DNA of 59,797 nucleotides, counting the filler, from Malassezia furfur (lineage: Eukaryota), in assembly GCA_052055015.1 (NCBI GenBank). It is 8 parts of 8 records of this genome, joined end to end, with 100 filler letters (N's around TTAATTAATTAA, not from the genome) between each part and the next. Parts side by side here need not be neighbours in the genome. Positions count along the whole stretch, not along the records: positions 7,612 to 15,074 come from JBQJIT010000497.1; positions 15,175 to 22,622 come from JBQJIT010000498.1; 6 more parts are not named here. One strand, given 5' to 3'. The notes beneath the pieces were generated by a model. It was given only the letters and a program-made list of their open reading frames with translations, had not been told where the DNA came from and ran no database searches. The number at the start of each line of letters is the position of its first letter. Positions within the stretch are counted from its first letter, which is position 1. Both the position numbers and the translations under genes were made by a program. Of the stretch, positions 11,538 through 21,396 are shown piece after piece.

Positions 11538-12711
11538 ATGAGCGAGCCGCCGGCGTACTTGGACCCGCGCGACCCGGCTGTGCACCTCGACCAGCACACC
11601 CAGCGCTATGTCTGGGAGGGTGACGAAAAGGAGTGGGAATGGCACGGGCGTCCGCCGATGGAGGAGGAGCGGCAGACGAGCGGACGCTGGATCGAAGTGA
11701 TCAGCCAGGAAGAAATCAACAAGCAACAAGAGGTTTACAGTGTCGCGGGTGTCGACGAGACGGTACGTATGCCTCAACACCCAACCTAGGTACCCGCTGC
11801 GCCCGTAATCAAGCGGCAACAGGGCAAGAAGCGCAAGGAGCCAGAGCCCGCGGCGCCCAAAAAGCCCCGGCCCAACACGGCGGTGTTTGTGTCGCAGCTG
11901 CCGCTCGACGCGGAGGCGAGCGAGATCGCCGAAGTGTTTTCCCGATACGGTGTGCTGCTGGAGGACGAGGAAGGGCAGCCACGGATCAAGCTCTACCACG
12001 ACAGCGAGACGGGCGCATTCAAGGGCGAGGCACTTGTGGTCTACTTCAAGCCCGAGAGCGTCGAGCTTGCGATCCAACTTTTGGACGATACCTACCTGCG
12101 TGCGAGCAAAGGCGTGTGCACCGGCTCGCGCATGCATGTCGAGCGTGCACACTTCCAGAGCGAGTCGGGCGCTGACGCCGCGGAAAAGAAGCCGCGCGAG
12201 CTGTCCGAGGCCGAGCGCAAGAGCCTCAAGAAGCGCATGAACAAGATGAACAGCAAGACGAACGACTGGGACTCGGACTCGGACACGGAGCGGCCCAAGA
12301 CTCAGGCGACGGCGCGCACGTTGATTCTCAAAAAGATGTTTACACTCGCCGAGCTGGATGAGGATGCGACGCTGCTGCTGGACCTGAAGCAGGACGTGCG
12401 CGAAGAATGCGAGTCGCTGGGCGAGGTGACCAACGTGGTCCTGTGGGACGTACGTAACTTGACTCACGCAGCGGGAGCCTGAGGGCGTAATTACGGTGCG
12501 TTTCCGCGACCCAGCCGCGGCACAGCGTGCGTATGCCAAGATGGATGGGCGGTACTTTGCCGGGCGTCAGATCGTTGCGTCGCTCACGGATGCGCGCCCC
12601 AAGTTCCGCAAGACGGCGCACGCGGACGACGAGGACATCGAGGACGACGAGCACCGGCGTGCTGATGCGTTTGGCGACTGGCTCGATGCACAGGGCGAGG
12701 GAGATAAATAG
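11538..12711 (+). CDS. CUS2: U2 snRNP-associated Cus2/Tat-SF1 (RRM + UHM); introns 11763-11789 and 12450-12471
   Basis: NTAVFVSQLP, 'IKLY..ETGAFKGEALVVYFKPESVELA', 'DVREECESLGEVTNV', 'MDGRYFAGR'. Removing the 27- and 22-nt GT..AG introns joins three ORF pieces. Confidence 0.9.
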
Positions 12712-12713
12712 GC

Positions 12714-14147
12714 CTACTTGACACGCGTAATAATTTGTTCGTTGAGCTGTGCGAGCGCGCCGCGAGCATCGCTTTGGGGCAGCACATGGAGCGCCTCTGC
12801 GGCGACCTGTGCGTGGTATCGGGCGAGCTCGGCGGTGCGGGCCAGGCCGTTGGAGCGATGCACAATTGCGAGTGCCTCTTGGACGTCGCCCGGCTCGGTG
12901 AAGCGGCGGTGCACCATCTCGCCCAGGCGGCTGTCCGGGAACTCTTGCCAGGCATACAGCACGGGTGCGGTGGCCAGGCCGAGCTGCAGGTCGGCGCCGC
13001 CCGACGGCTTGCCGAATGCCTCCGAAGTCGACTGGAAGTCGAGCAGGTCGTCGACCAGCTGGAACGCGATGCCGACGTTGCGGCCGTACTGGTACGCCGC
13101 ATCGCACACCTTGCGCGCCCCGTCGCGGTCCGCGCCCGTCAGGCGTGGTGCGCCGACGGGCGCCTCACCGCACCCGCCAAGCACCGTCGCGGAGCGCGCC
13201 GACTTGGCGATCAGAGAGGCGGTCTTCAAGTAGGTCTTTTGCAAGTAGTACGAGAACATCTCGCGCGTCGGCCCGCTCGGCGCCGTGCTGGGCGCCCAAA
13301 AGCGGTCCAGCACCTCGGCGCCCGGCTCGGACGACTGCAGGTCGGTCACGGGCACCGCGTCCGAGTCCTGGGCGCGCATCTGCATCACCTCGCCCTCGAC
13401 GAGGTTCGCAATGACGGTCGACATCAGCTCGACGACCTCCGGGTCGCGCAGGCGCGCGAGGGCAATCGAGGCGCGGCCGAGCAAAAAGTCGCCGCCGAGA
13501 ATGCTCAGCTTGTTGCCGAATGCGTTGGGCGCGGACGGTGCACCGCGCCGGAGTGGGGATGCGTCGATTACGTCGTCGTGCAGGAGCGATGCGACGTGGA
13601 TCATTTCGGTGATTTCGGCGAGGCGGCGCTGCGTGGGAAGCAGCACGTTTTGCAGCTGCGGCGTGTACGGCTCGGCGGGTCGCGGGAGAGGGTCGGACGG
13701 CGTGCGCCGTGCGCTCGGGTTGACGTCGTTCAGCACGCGTTCGGGGCTGATAGCCGTATCGGCGAACTCGCCGACCAACGAGGCGCGCTGCGCGGCCCAC
13801 GCCGGGCTGAGCCCGTTGGTGGCCTTGGCCATGAGCAGCACGATCATGGGGCGCACATGCTTGCCCTCTGCCTGGAAATAGTACTTGCCGACGCGGTCCA
13901 GGGACGGGTGGCCGCTGCCGAGGAGCGCGGCGATATTGTGCCGGAGCGACGACAGCTCGTCGCCGACGACCTCGAGCGGGTCGCGCAGGAGCGCCGACAC
14001 GGCGGCTTGGTCATCGGCACCGCTGCTGCCCGAGCCTGCGAGTGCCTCCTTGGCGCGGTCCACAACAGCGGACCATGACGAGGCGTGGCGCGGTGCACCG
14101 TAGCGGCACAGCGGCGCGGCCGCCGCCCGCTTCCACAAAAAGGCCAT
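12714..14147 (-). CDS. COQ1: Mitochondrial trans-prenyl diphosphate synthase (coenzyme Q side chain)
   Basis: GKHVRP, EMIHVASLLHDDVID, KTASL and FQLVDDLLDF motifs. Confidence 0.93.
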   Translation of the reverse strand: MAFLWKRAAAAPLCRYGAPRHASSWSAVVDRAKEALAGSGSSGADDQAAVSALLRDPLEVVGDELSSLRHNIAALLGSGHPSLDRVGKYYFQAEGKHVRPMIVLLMAKATNGLSPAWAAQRASLVGEFADTAISPERVLNDVNPSARRTPSDPLPRPAEPYTPQLQNVLLPTQRRLAEITEMIHVASLLHDDVIDASPLRRGAPSAPNAFGNKLSILGGDFLLGRASIALARLRDPEVVELMSTVIANLVEGEVMQMRAQDSDAVPVTDLQSSEPGAEVLDRFWAPSTAPSGPTREMFSYYLQKTYLKTASLIAKSARSATVLGGCGEAPVGAPRLTGADRDGARKVCDAAYQYGRNVGIAFQLVDDLLDFQSTSEAFGKPSGGADLQLGLATAPVLYAWQEFPDSRLGEMVHRRFTEPGDVQEALAIVHRSNGLARTAELARYHAQVAAEALHVLPQSDARGALAQLNEQIITRVK

Positions 14148-14192
14148 GGTGACGAACGGTGCGCCTTCTTCGCGGATTAGTCATCCATTCGC

Positions 14193-14999
14193 ATGAGCGT
14201 TGCGCCGCGGCCGGTGGTGGAGCGCACGGTGCTGCTCGTGGGGCTGGGCAACTACACGCACCCCTCGACGCGGCACTCGATCGGGCAGTATGTGCTGCGC
14301 CCGCTGATGCGTGCCGCCGTTGCGCACGATGCCGCGGTGCGCGCGCAGCTCGCGCGGCGGCCCGTGCACGGCCCTGGCCCGGTGTACGCGGTACCTCCGC
14401 CCACGGCGCCGACCGACTTTGCGCTCGTGCGCACGGCAAAGGGGTGGGTCGCGTCGGTGTCTGTGCTGCTCGACTCGCTGCCGCCGAAGGGCATGGCGCG
14501 GCGCCTCCCGGTGGAGCACTATCCGTTTGTGCACGCGACGCTGCTCTTCTACGTGCCCAAGTACCTCATGAACCAAAACGGGCTCGGGGTCGCGGCGGCC
14601 TGCGATGTGTTCCCTGCGGTGCGTGTGCCGCAGGACGTGCTGCTGCTGCACGACGAGCTGTCGCGTGCGTTTGGCAAAATCTCCGTGAAGCACGCGGGGA
14701 GTGCCGGCGGGCACAACGGCGTGCGGAGTGTGCAGGCCATGCTCCGCTCGCGCCGCGTCGATGGCGACGTGGCGCGCATGCGTATAGGGATTGGGCGCCC
14801 GCCGGAGGGCGTGGACGTGAGCGCGTTTGTGCTGGGCGCGATGCCTCCGGCGTGGCTCGCGGCGCTGTCCGACACGCCGGCGCCCGAGGGTGCGCCTGGG
14901 CCCGACGGCGCGGCGGCCTCTGGCGTGCGCCCTAGCAGCCTCGTCGCGACGCTGTGGTCCGACGTCGCACAGTGGGTGATGGCGCCCTGTATCTCGTAG
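14193..14999 (+). CDS. PTH1: Peptidyl-tRNA hydrolase (Pth1 type)
   Basis: VGLGN...TRHSIG, YLMNQNG, LLHDEL, GSAGGHNG, RIGIGRP. Confidence 0.9.
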   Translation: MSVAPRPVVERTVLLVGLGNYTHPSTRHSIGQYVLRPLMRAAVAHDAAVRAQLARRPVHGPGPVYAVPPPTAPTDFALVRTAKGWVASVSVLLDSLPPKGMARRLPVEHYPFVHATLLFYVPKYLMNQNGLGVAAACDVFPAVRVPQDVLLLHDELSRAFGKISVKHAGSAGGHNGVRSVQAMLRSRRVDGDVARMRIGIGRPPEGVDVSAFVLGAMPPAWLAALSDTPAPEGAPGPDGAAASGVRPSSLVATLWSDVAQWVMAPCIS

Positions 15000-15074
15000 C
15001 TACAAAGTATGTCACGAGCCGGCGCCGCTCTCGGCCCGCCCGGCCGCCGCCGGCCGCCCCCCAGCGGAGGCGTC

Positions 15075-15174
15075 NNNNNNNNNNNNNNNNNNNNNNNNNN
15101 NNNNNNNNNNNNNNNNNNTTAATTAATTAANNNNNNNNNNNNNNNNNNNNNNNNNNNNNNNNNNNNNNNNNNNN
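15075..15174. other. Artificial contig linker
   Basis: N44-TTAATTAATTAA-N44. Confidence 0.98.
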
Positions 15175-15361
15175 GCGGGGCGGGGCGGGCGAGGGGTACG
15201 TCGACCCGTGGCTGCGCCCCGAGCTGGCCACGTCCGATGCCGCGGCGCAGTACCGCGCCGGGGGCTATGACTGGCAACGGCAAGTGTGGCAGCGTGCGCT
15301 GGGCGCCGCGTGCGACGCGCTTGCCTTGCGGCCGGCGGGCGGGAGCCAGGGAAGTGCGTAG
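15175..15361 (+). CDS. Probable 3' end of an unidentified gene (5'-truncated)
   Basis: Frame reads ..GYVDPWLRPEL..GGYDWQRQVWQRALGAACDALAL..* and its TAG lies 2 bp from the COX10 stop. Confidence 0.4.
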
Positions 15362-15363
15362 CG

Positions 15364-16677
15364 CTACGTAGTGTACAGGGGCGGCTCCTCTGGCGTGCGC
15401 GTGTGCCACAGCTCGTATTTGCACGCCATCGCGAGCAGCATCACGGCCGGCAGATGCACGAGGCTCAGCCGGAAGCACGCGCGGGCGGTCGCTTCGCTCG
15501 GGCGCCGGAAGAACTGGTAAGAGGCGTAGGCCAGCGCGACGTTCGGCACGAGCGACAGCACGCCGTACGCCACGGGCTCCACCGTCTGCGTCAGCGGGAG
15601 TGCCAGCGAGCACAGCGGGATGAGCAGCAGCGCGTAGCGCAGCGCGACGCGCCGGTTCAGCGTGGGGTTCGTCACCGCCATCATGCGGTAGCCGCCACGC
15701 GCGTACTCGTTACCGGTGACGTGCGACAGCGCGTTAAAGTGGGGGAACTGCCATGCGAACAGGATGCCCGCGAGCACCCACCCGGCCGCGTCGGTGACGT
15801 GGTCGAGCGTGCCCGTGCACGACGCCCAGCCCATGAGCGGGGGCAGCGCTCCGACGAGCGCGCCGACCCACGTATTCGCGATGCTCACGCGCTTCATCGG
15901 CGTGTAGATGAACGAGTAGAGCACAATGTTAGCCGCGCCGAGGGCCGCCGTCAGCGGGTTAACAAGCGTGCCGAGGATCGCAACGCCGGACACGGCGCTG
16001 ACGGCTGCCATGCCAAAGGCGTGCGCGGGCGCAATGGCGCGGCGCGGCAGCGGGCGCGCCTTGGTGCGTGCCATCTGCGCGTCGTACGGTGCTTCGATGA
16101 TCTGGTTGAGCGCGTTGGCACTCGTGGAGCACAGCGTCATGCCGCCGGCCAGCGCCAAGAGCCGCACGACGGGCGGCAGCGCCGACGGCACGACGTACGC
16201 CGCGGGGCACAGTGCATACCCCATCATGCCAGACAGTACCACCAGGAACGTGAGGCGCGACTTGGCCAGCTGCCGGTACACGCGGAAGGTGCGCGCGAGC
16301 GTCGGCGGCTTCTGCGGCACAAACCCCGCGGGCGGCTGCGCAACCAGCGCCGAGGGCACCGGGTCGTCGCGCACCACCTCAACACACAGCGGGTCATCCG
16401 TCGCGGGGCGGTACTTGTGCGCGACGTGCTCGGCGGCCTCGGCGATATGCGTGCCCGTCTGCGGCGCCGGCACCGGCGTGAAGAAGAGGGGGCCGGGCGG
16501 ACGTGCCATGCGCTCCGTGCGCCCGACCTCGCGCACGCAGCGGGTTGAGCTTAGCGCACGCATCTGCGACGCACATCCGTCTACGGGGTATCTCGGCGCC
16601 CACTGCGCGCGCACACACGCACGCAGCACGCGCACACTCGCCGGCGCCCGCGCGCCGGTCCCACTGCACCACGCCAT
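15364..16677 (-). CDS. COX10: Protoheme IX farnesyltransferase (heme O synthase)
   Basis: LAKSRLT, SANALNQIIEAPYDAQMARTKARPL, YTPMKR..NTWVGALVGALPPLMG, WQFPHFNAL. Confidence 0.95.
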   Translation of the reverse strand: MAWCSGTGARAPASVRVLRACVRAQWAPRYPVDGCASQMRALSSTRCVREVGRTERMARPPGPLFFTPVPAPQTGTHIAEAAEHVAHKYRPATDDPLCVEVVRDDPVPSALVAQPPAGFVPQKPPTLARTFRVYRQLAKSRLTFLVVLSGMMGYALCPAAYVVPSALPPVVRLLALAGGMTLCSTSANALNQIIEAPYDAQMARTKARPLPRRAIAPAHAFGMAAVSAVSGVAILGTLVNPLTAALGAANIVLYSFIYTPMKRVSIANTWVGALVGALPPLMGWASCTGTLDHVTDAAGWVLAGILFAWQFPHFNALSHVTGNEYARGGYRMMAVTNPTLNRRVALRYALLLIPLCSLALPLTQTVEPVAYGVLSLVPNVALAYASYQFFRRPSEATARACFRLSLVHLPAVMLLAMACKYELWHTRTPEEPPLYTT

Positions 16678-16687
16678 GGTCGGAGAG

Positions 16688-16695
16688 ATCACGTG
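16688..16695. promoter_or_regulatory. ATCACGTG E-box overlapping the upstream gene's stop codon, just 5' of COX10
   Basis: RTCACGTG match about 10 bp from the COX10 ATG. Confidence 0.35.
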
Positions 16696-18011
16696 CGCGA
16701 ACGCCGGCCCTGGAGCCAGGCCCACTCGTCGGCCGTCGCCGTGGACCGTGCGGTGCGTCGCGCGCCGTGTGCGCCCAGCGCCGCGTCGGACACGCGCACG
16801 GCCGCGTGCAGCTTGCTACCACGGACGCGCGCCTGATGAGCGGCATGCTCCGCGACGCGCAACGCACGCCGCGCGCCGTCCCACGGCTGCTGCGCGCCGC
16901 CCGCAACCGCTGCGTGCGTGTCGAGCGCCTCGGCGTACGTCTGTGCATTGTGCGCAACCTCGTCGTCCGTAGCAAGGTGCAACTTCGGCGTCTGTGCAAG
17001 GAGGCGCGCCCACTGCCGGCGCTGCGCGCGCAGCCGGCGTGAATAGTCGGTACGCGCCTGTTTCCACGGGCCGGTGCGCTGGGCACGGGGCAAGCGCGAC
17101 ACGGGCGCGGTGGTACCGACCGCTTCGGCAAGGGCGCGCGCGCGGGCCAAGAACCGGGGCGACGTTGCCGGCATGCCTTCGCTCATGGGCGCGGGCGCTG
17201 TCGGTGCGCTGGTTTCAGCACTGATCGCCCCCTCGCGCACTTGCACACGGCGCGGCACGGTGGTGCCACGCGGTTGCGCCTTGGCCTCGAGCGCATACAT
17301 TGTGTCCATCCCGATGTCCTGTGTGCCCACTTGCACGCCAAGCGGTAGCCATAGTCGCGACATGTGTTCAGTCACGTACCGCCAATGCGCATTCGCGACG
17401 CGCCGGCGCGGCACCGTTTTGCCGGGGATCCGCGCCGCCGAGTCGTAGGCAATGCGCAGCTTGGGCGGGCACTGCAGCGTGCTCTCCTTGGCCGGTGCGC
17501 CGCGCTGGGCATGGGTGGAAAGCAGTAGCGCACGAAGGACCGGCGGAAGGTATGGCAAACGCTGCCGTGGCATGTACTGCGCCTCTTCCCCTACGGCCGG
17601 CGAGGGGTGCGGCGGCGCTAGGAGCTGGGTCAGTGGGTGACGTACATTCAGAAGCGCACGCCGCGGTTTGCCGCGTCGCGCGTAGGCCTGCTCGAGCGCG
17701 CGTGCGACGGCATGGGGCCACCCCAGGTTCGCATTCGCGAGCTGTCGTATGCGTGCGCAGCTCTGACGGTGCCGGCGCTCGGCGCTCGTGCGCCGTGCAT
17801 CCGCGTCGTCGGACGTCGACGCGCCCGAGCGCTGTGCGTCACGCACAAACTCGATGGACGTGCGCGCGAGCGCTGTATGTGCTGCATACATATGTGGATC
17901 GCGCCATTCGTAGGCGAGCAGCCGCGCCTGCTCGCGCCACGCGCGGTACAGGCGCGGCAGCGGCAGCGCACGAAGGCCGCCCACGCTCAGCGGCGCGCTC
18001 CCAGCGTGCAT
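16689..18011 (-). CDS. Hypothetical protein with LYR-like N-terminus (probably mitochondrial)
   Basis: 'LYRAWREQARLL' and 'RQLANANLG..RALEQAYARRGKPR' resemble fungal LYR-motif proteins; very basic. Confidence 0.55.
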   Translation of the reverse strand: MHAGSAPLSVGGLRALPLPRLYRAWREQARLLAYEWRDPHMYAAHTALARTSIEFVRDAQRSGASTSDDADARRTSAERRHRQSCARIRQLANANLGWPHAVARALEQAYARRGKPRRALLNVRHPLTQLLAPPHPSPAVGEEAQYMPRQRLPYLPPVLRALLLSTHAQRGAPAKESTLQCPPKLRIAYDSAARIPGKTVPRRRVANAHWRYVTEHMSRLWLPLGVQVGTQDIGMDTMYALEAKAQPRGTTVPRRVQVREGAISAETSAPTAPAPMSEGMPATSPRFLARARALAEAVGTTAPVSRLPRAQRTGPWKQARTDYSRRLRAQRRQWARLLAQTPKLHLATDDEVAHNAQTYAEALDTHAAVAGGAQQPWDGARRALRVAEHAAHQARVRGSKLHAAVRVSDAALGAHGARRTARSTATADEWAWLQGRRSRT

Positions 18012-18074
18012 GTGGAGGCAAGGCACACGGCAGCCTACTGGGCACAGTCACGCACTACGGGCTCGTCGCGGCGT

Positions 18075-18912
18075 CTATGCATGGTCGGCGTCGAGCGCAG
18101 GGTCGTCCCACGACACAAACGTACCGTTGCCAAGCGGCTCGCCGTCCTTCTTGGGCTCGGTGCGCGAGCCACGCAGCGCAAGCGCGGCCAGTACACTGGC
18201 GGGCTTGTCGGCCGGGAGCAGCTTGCCCTCCTTGTGCAGGTCGAGGAACTTGGCGTGCTCCTTTTGGTTCATCGTGTTGGAGCCGCGGATCTGCGTCTGC
18301 ATGTCCGTGTCCACCACACCAGGGCGCACCGAGAACGAGGCAATGTCGGGCTCCTCGTTCGCGAGCGTGCGCGCAATCGAGTTCATGGCCGCTTTCGAGG
18401 CGCTGGGTCAGTCGCGCAACGTACTTGTACGGGGCCCAGGATGCATAGTTGCCGACCGCTGCGCCGCTGCTCACAAACACGACGCGCCCATGGCTCTTGC
18501 GCAGCGACGGCAGCGCCGCGCGGATCGTGGTGACGAGCGACACCGTGTTGACGTTCAGCGTATTCAGCAGCATTTCGGGCGACTGCGTCAGGGTGGCACG
18601 TACCAGGTTTTCGATGCGCGCAAATTCGGCAATGCCCGCATTCAGAATCAGAGCATCCAGACGCTTCCAGCGCTGCAGCGCCTCTTCGACCGCACGCTTG
18701 TTGTCGTCCAGCTCGGTGACGTTGCCCTTGACGACGGCGAGGGCGTCGGGGAAGTCTTGCTGGAGCTGCTGCAGTTCTTTCGGCTCGGAGCGCGAGAGCG
18801 TCACGACATTCGAAGCAGGCGTCTTTTCCGTTCCCTTCAGAAGAAGCTTGAGCACGGCGAGGCCAAGGCCGCGGCTTGCGCCGGTCAGGAGCACCACTTG
18901 CTTGTCTGCCAT
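18075..18912 (-). CDS. Short-chain dehydrogenase/reductase (IRC24/YIR035C-like); introns 18583-18603 and 18403-18424
   Basis: TGASRGLG, LNAGI, VSSGAA. Splicing restores catalytic YNASK and PGVVDTDMQ. Confidence 0.9.
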
Positions 18913-19123
18913 GGTCGGTAGGGTCGAGATCGCTTAGCTAAGACGGGCACCGTGCGAGGGTCCGTGCGCGAACAGGGTCGCCCCACCCGCCCAAGACGCG
19001 GACCGCGTCTGGGAGAGCGCAGGGCTCTGCACAGGTACCACGCTGTGCACAAGACGAACGCAAAGGGTAGCCTATAGTTGATAACGTCTATGCACAGAAC
19101 GGTGGATATAGACTTCAACTGGC

Positions 19124-19941
19124 TTACTCATGGTACTCCTTAAGCGCGGGGTCGTCCCACGAGACAAAGGCGCCCGCTCCAAGCGGCTCACCGTCCTTGG
19201 TGGGCTGCGCACGCGAGCCTCGCGCGGCCAAAACAGCGAGCACAGCGGCAGGCTTCTCGGGGGGGAGCAGCTTGTCCTCCTCGTAGAGCTTTTCAAACGT
19301 TTCGTCTGTGGTGCGAATCTTGCCCTGCATCGCCGTATCGACGTGGCCGGGGCTCACGGCGAACGACGCCACGTCTGGTTCCTCGTTGGCGAGCGTACGA
19401 GCAAGGGAGTTGAGAGCAGCTTTGGAGCAACTGAGTCAGTGGCGTCACACACCTATACGGAGCCCAGGTAGGGTGGCACAGGTACGACGAGCTGCTTGTC
19501 ACAAACACCGCACGCCCTTTGTGCTTGCGCAGCTCTGGGAGCGCCGCACGCAGAGTATTGACGGGTGCGGCCGCATTCACTGCGAGCGTCTTGAGCATGG
19601 TGTCAAAGTCCTGCGTCAGTGCGGCCACGCACCAGCTCCTTCAACGGCGCCAGCTTCGTAATGCCGGCATTCAACACAAGCCCATCGAGCCGCTGCCAGC
19701 GCGAGACGATATCGTCCACGGCCTTTTGACTGTCCTCGTACTTGGTCACGTCGCCTGTCGCGTAGGCGAGCCGACCTTGATACTGGGACTGCAGCTCCTT
19801 GAACTCGTCAGAAACGGCCATGGTCAGCGTATAGACATTGGCCGGTGGCGTCCGCTGCGTGCCTTGGAGCAGTTTCTTGACGACGGCAAGGCCGAGGCCC
19901 ATGCCGCCACCGGTAACGAGCACACTAGGAGTGGGGGACAT
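19124..19941 (-). CDS. Short-chain dehydrogenase/reductase, tandem paralog; introns 19611-19632 and 19431-19452
   Basis: TGGGMGLG, LNAGI. Splicing restores YSCSK and PGHVDTAMQ. Intron positions match the neighbouring SDR. Confidence 0.88.
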
Positions 19942-19979
19942 GTCGGGAAGGGAAACCGTGATCACTAAACACAACGCAG

Positions 19980-21272
19980 CTAGGGCACACTAGGGTAAGG
20001 GCGGATTTTGCGGCCTTCGACGGTCATCCACGCTTCGTGCCGCTGGGGGACGTGGTCGGGCGTGTAGATCGGCAACGGCGCCGAGATGGTCACTGAGCGC
20101 CGTTGCGGCTGGGTCATCTCGGTGAGCGGTGCGCGGAAGAAGCGTTTCCATGTGGGACGCTGCGTGGTGCACGGCTCCTCTTTGCCCTCGAGCGGCGTCT
20201 CGCGGCGAAGTCGTCGCCGCTCCCAGCGCGCGAGTCCCACAAAAATCACCGCAGAAACGCACACACAGCTGAACGCCGTGCCGACGTTGGCGCTGAGCAC
20301 GAGCTGCGTAGGAAGCATGCCGGGCTGCGACAGCGCCGCCTCGCCGAGCGTGCGCTGCCCGTTGACCGCATTGAAAGCGTCGTTGGCATGTGAGACTTGA
20401 ATACGTAGACAGATCATGACAATGAACAGCACCACGGCGGCCACGTCCTGTGCATAGGTGCAGCATTGCAGCCCGAAGAGGAAGCGGCGTGTCGGCAGAG
20501 TACACGTCGCCTTGCATGCCTCGCGGTGCACGCGCCGCGCCTGCAGCGCGGAGCACACGATGAGCACGAGCAGCGACAGAAGCACAAATACAGGTCCGGC
20601 CGTAATGCCGGTCAACATCCCCGAAGTGTCGGTGTGCAGGCCCGGCGACGTCGCGAGCCATGTATTGTTAAACGTGGGCTGCAGACTCGAGCCGGTGCAG
20701 TGGTATGTGCTGTTGGTGTCGGTGAAGCACGAACCAAGGAGGCCAACGGTGAAACGAATGTTGCTGATTGGCATTGTGCTGGTGTCGACGGGATCATCGC
20801 GTTTGCGCAGGTGTCTTCGTGTGGGGCCGGCGGTTGAAGTAGGGAACGGATGGCTGTCGGGTGGCAGCGCCACGGTCGGCGCGGTATCGGACGCGCTTGC
20901 GCGAGTATGCGGGGAAAGGGCCGGTGACGCACTGGCCGTGTCGCTGTCCGGCTCCATGGCGTCCGCCGACAAACTGTACAGGCTGCGTGCCATGCTGAAC
21001 GAGTCGGGCTGCACCGTGTTGGCGGAGGACACGGCGGCTGTTGCGGCGGACGATGCAGACGTGCTGGTCAGCGCACTGCTCACAGAGGCCGAGGAGCCGA
21101 GCGCGAGCGCTTCAGGGGACGAGGCATTGCTGGCGGGTGCGAGCACGGGGCTGATGTACACGAGCGAAATGCTCGACGAATGATACGGCACCGGGCTAAG
21201 GAGGGTGATGAGCACCAACAGGAGCGCGACGAGGTGCAGTACGGGGGGCGCGACGAGCGATAGAAACGCCAT
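19980..21272 (-). CDS. SUR7/PalI/Rim9-like tetraspan membrane protein with Ser/Ala-rich extracellular loop
   Basis: N-terminal hydrophobic helix, claudin-like 'VGLLGSC...YHCT' motif, three further hydrophobic helices. Confidence 0.65.
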   Translation of the reverse strand: MAFLSLVAPPVLHLVALLLVLITLLSPVPYHSSSISLVYISPVLAPASNASSPEALALGSSASVSSALTSTSASSAATAAVSSANTVQPDSFSMARSLYSLSADAMEPDSDTASASPALSPHTRASASDTAPTVALPPDSHPFPTSTAGPTRRHLRKRDDPVDTSTMPISNIRFTVGLLGSCFTDTNSTYHCTGSSLQPTFNNTWLATSPGLHTDTSGMLTGITAGPVFVLLSLLVLIVCSALQARRVHREACKATCTLPTRRFLFGLQCCTYAQDVAAVVLFIVMICLRIQVSHANDAFNAVNGQRTLGEAALSQPGMLPTQLVLSANVGTAFSCVCVSAVIFVGLARWERRRLRRETPLEGKEEPCTTQRPTWKRFFRAPLTEMTQPQRRSVTISAPLPIYTPDHVPQRHEAWMTVEGRKIRPYPSVP

Positions 21273-21396
21273 ACATGACGGATCCTCGTCGCCGCGCGTC
21301 TATATACCCAGGGGAAGAAAGGAGTGCGGCGTGTTTCTTTCTTCCTCGCACAGACCACGCGGGATTCTTTGTGCGGGCCGGTCTTCTCCACACACC

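Noticed and set aside
11442..12539. N-terminal 366 aa extension of the 1034-aa ORF
   Set aside because: It is the antisense of CUS2; the Nup2-like sequence begins at ATG 11441.
12714..18011. Mitochondrial prenyl/heme gene cluster (COQ1, PTH1, COX10, LYR-like)
   Set aside because: COQ1 and COX10 lie on different, unlinked contigs.
18055..19974. Apparent frameshifted pseudogenes or programmed frameshifts (SDRs; likewise IMP3, kinesin, CUS2, myosin)
   Set aside because: Every frame break coincides with a GT..CTRAC/CTCAC..AG micro-intron whose removal restores conserved motifs.
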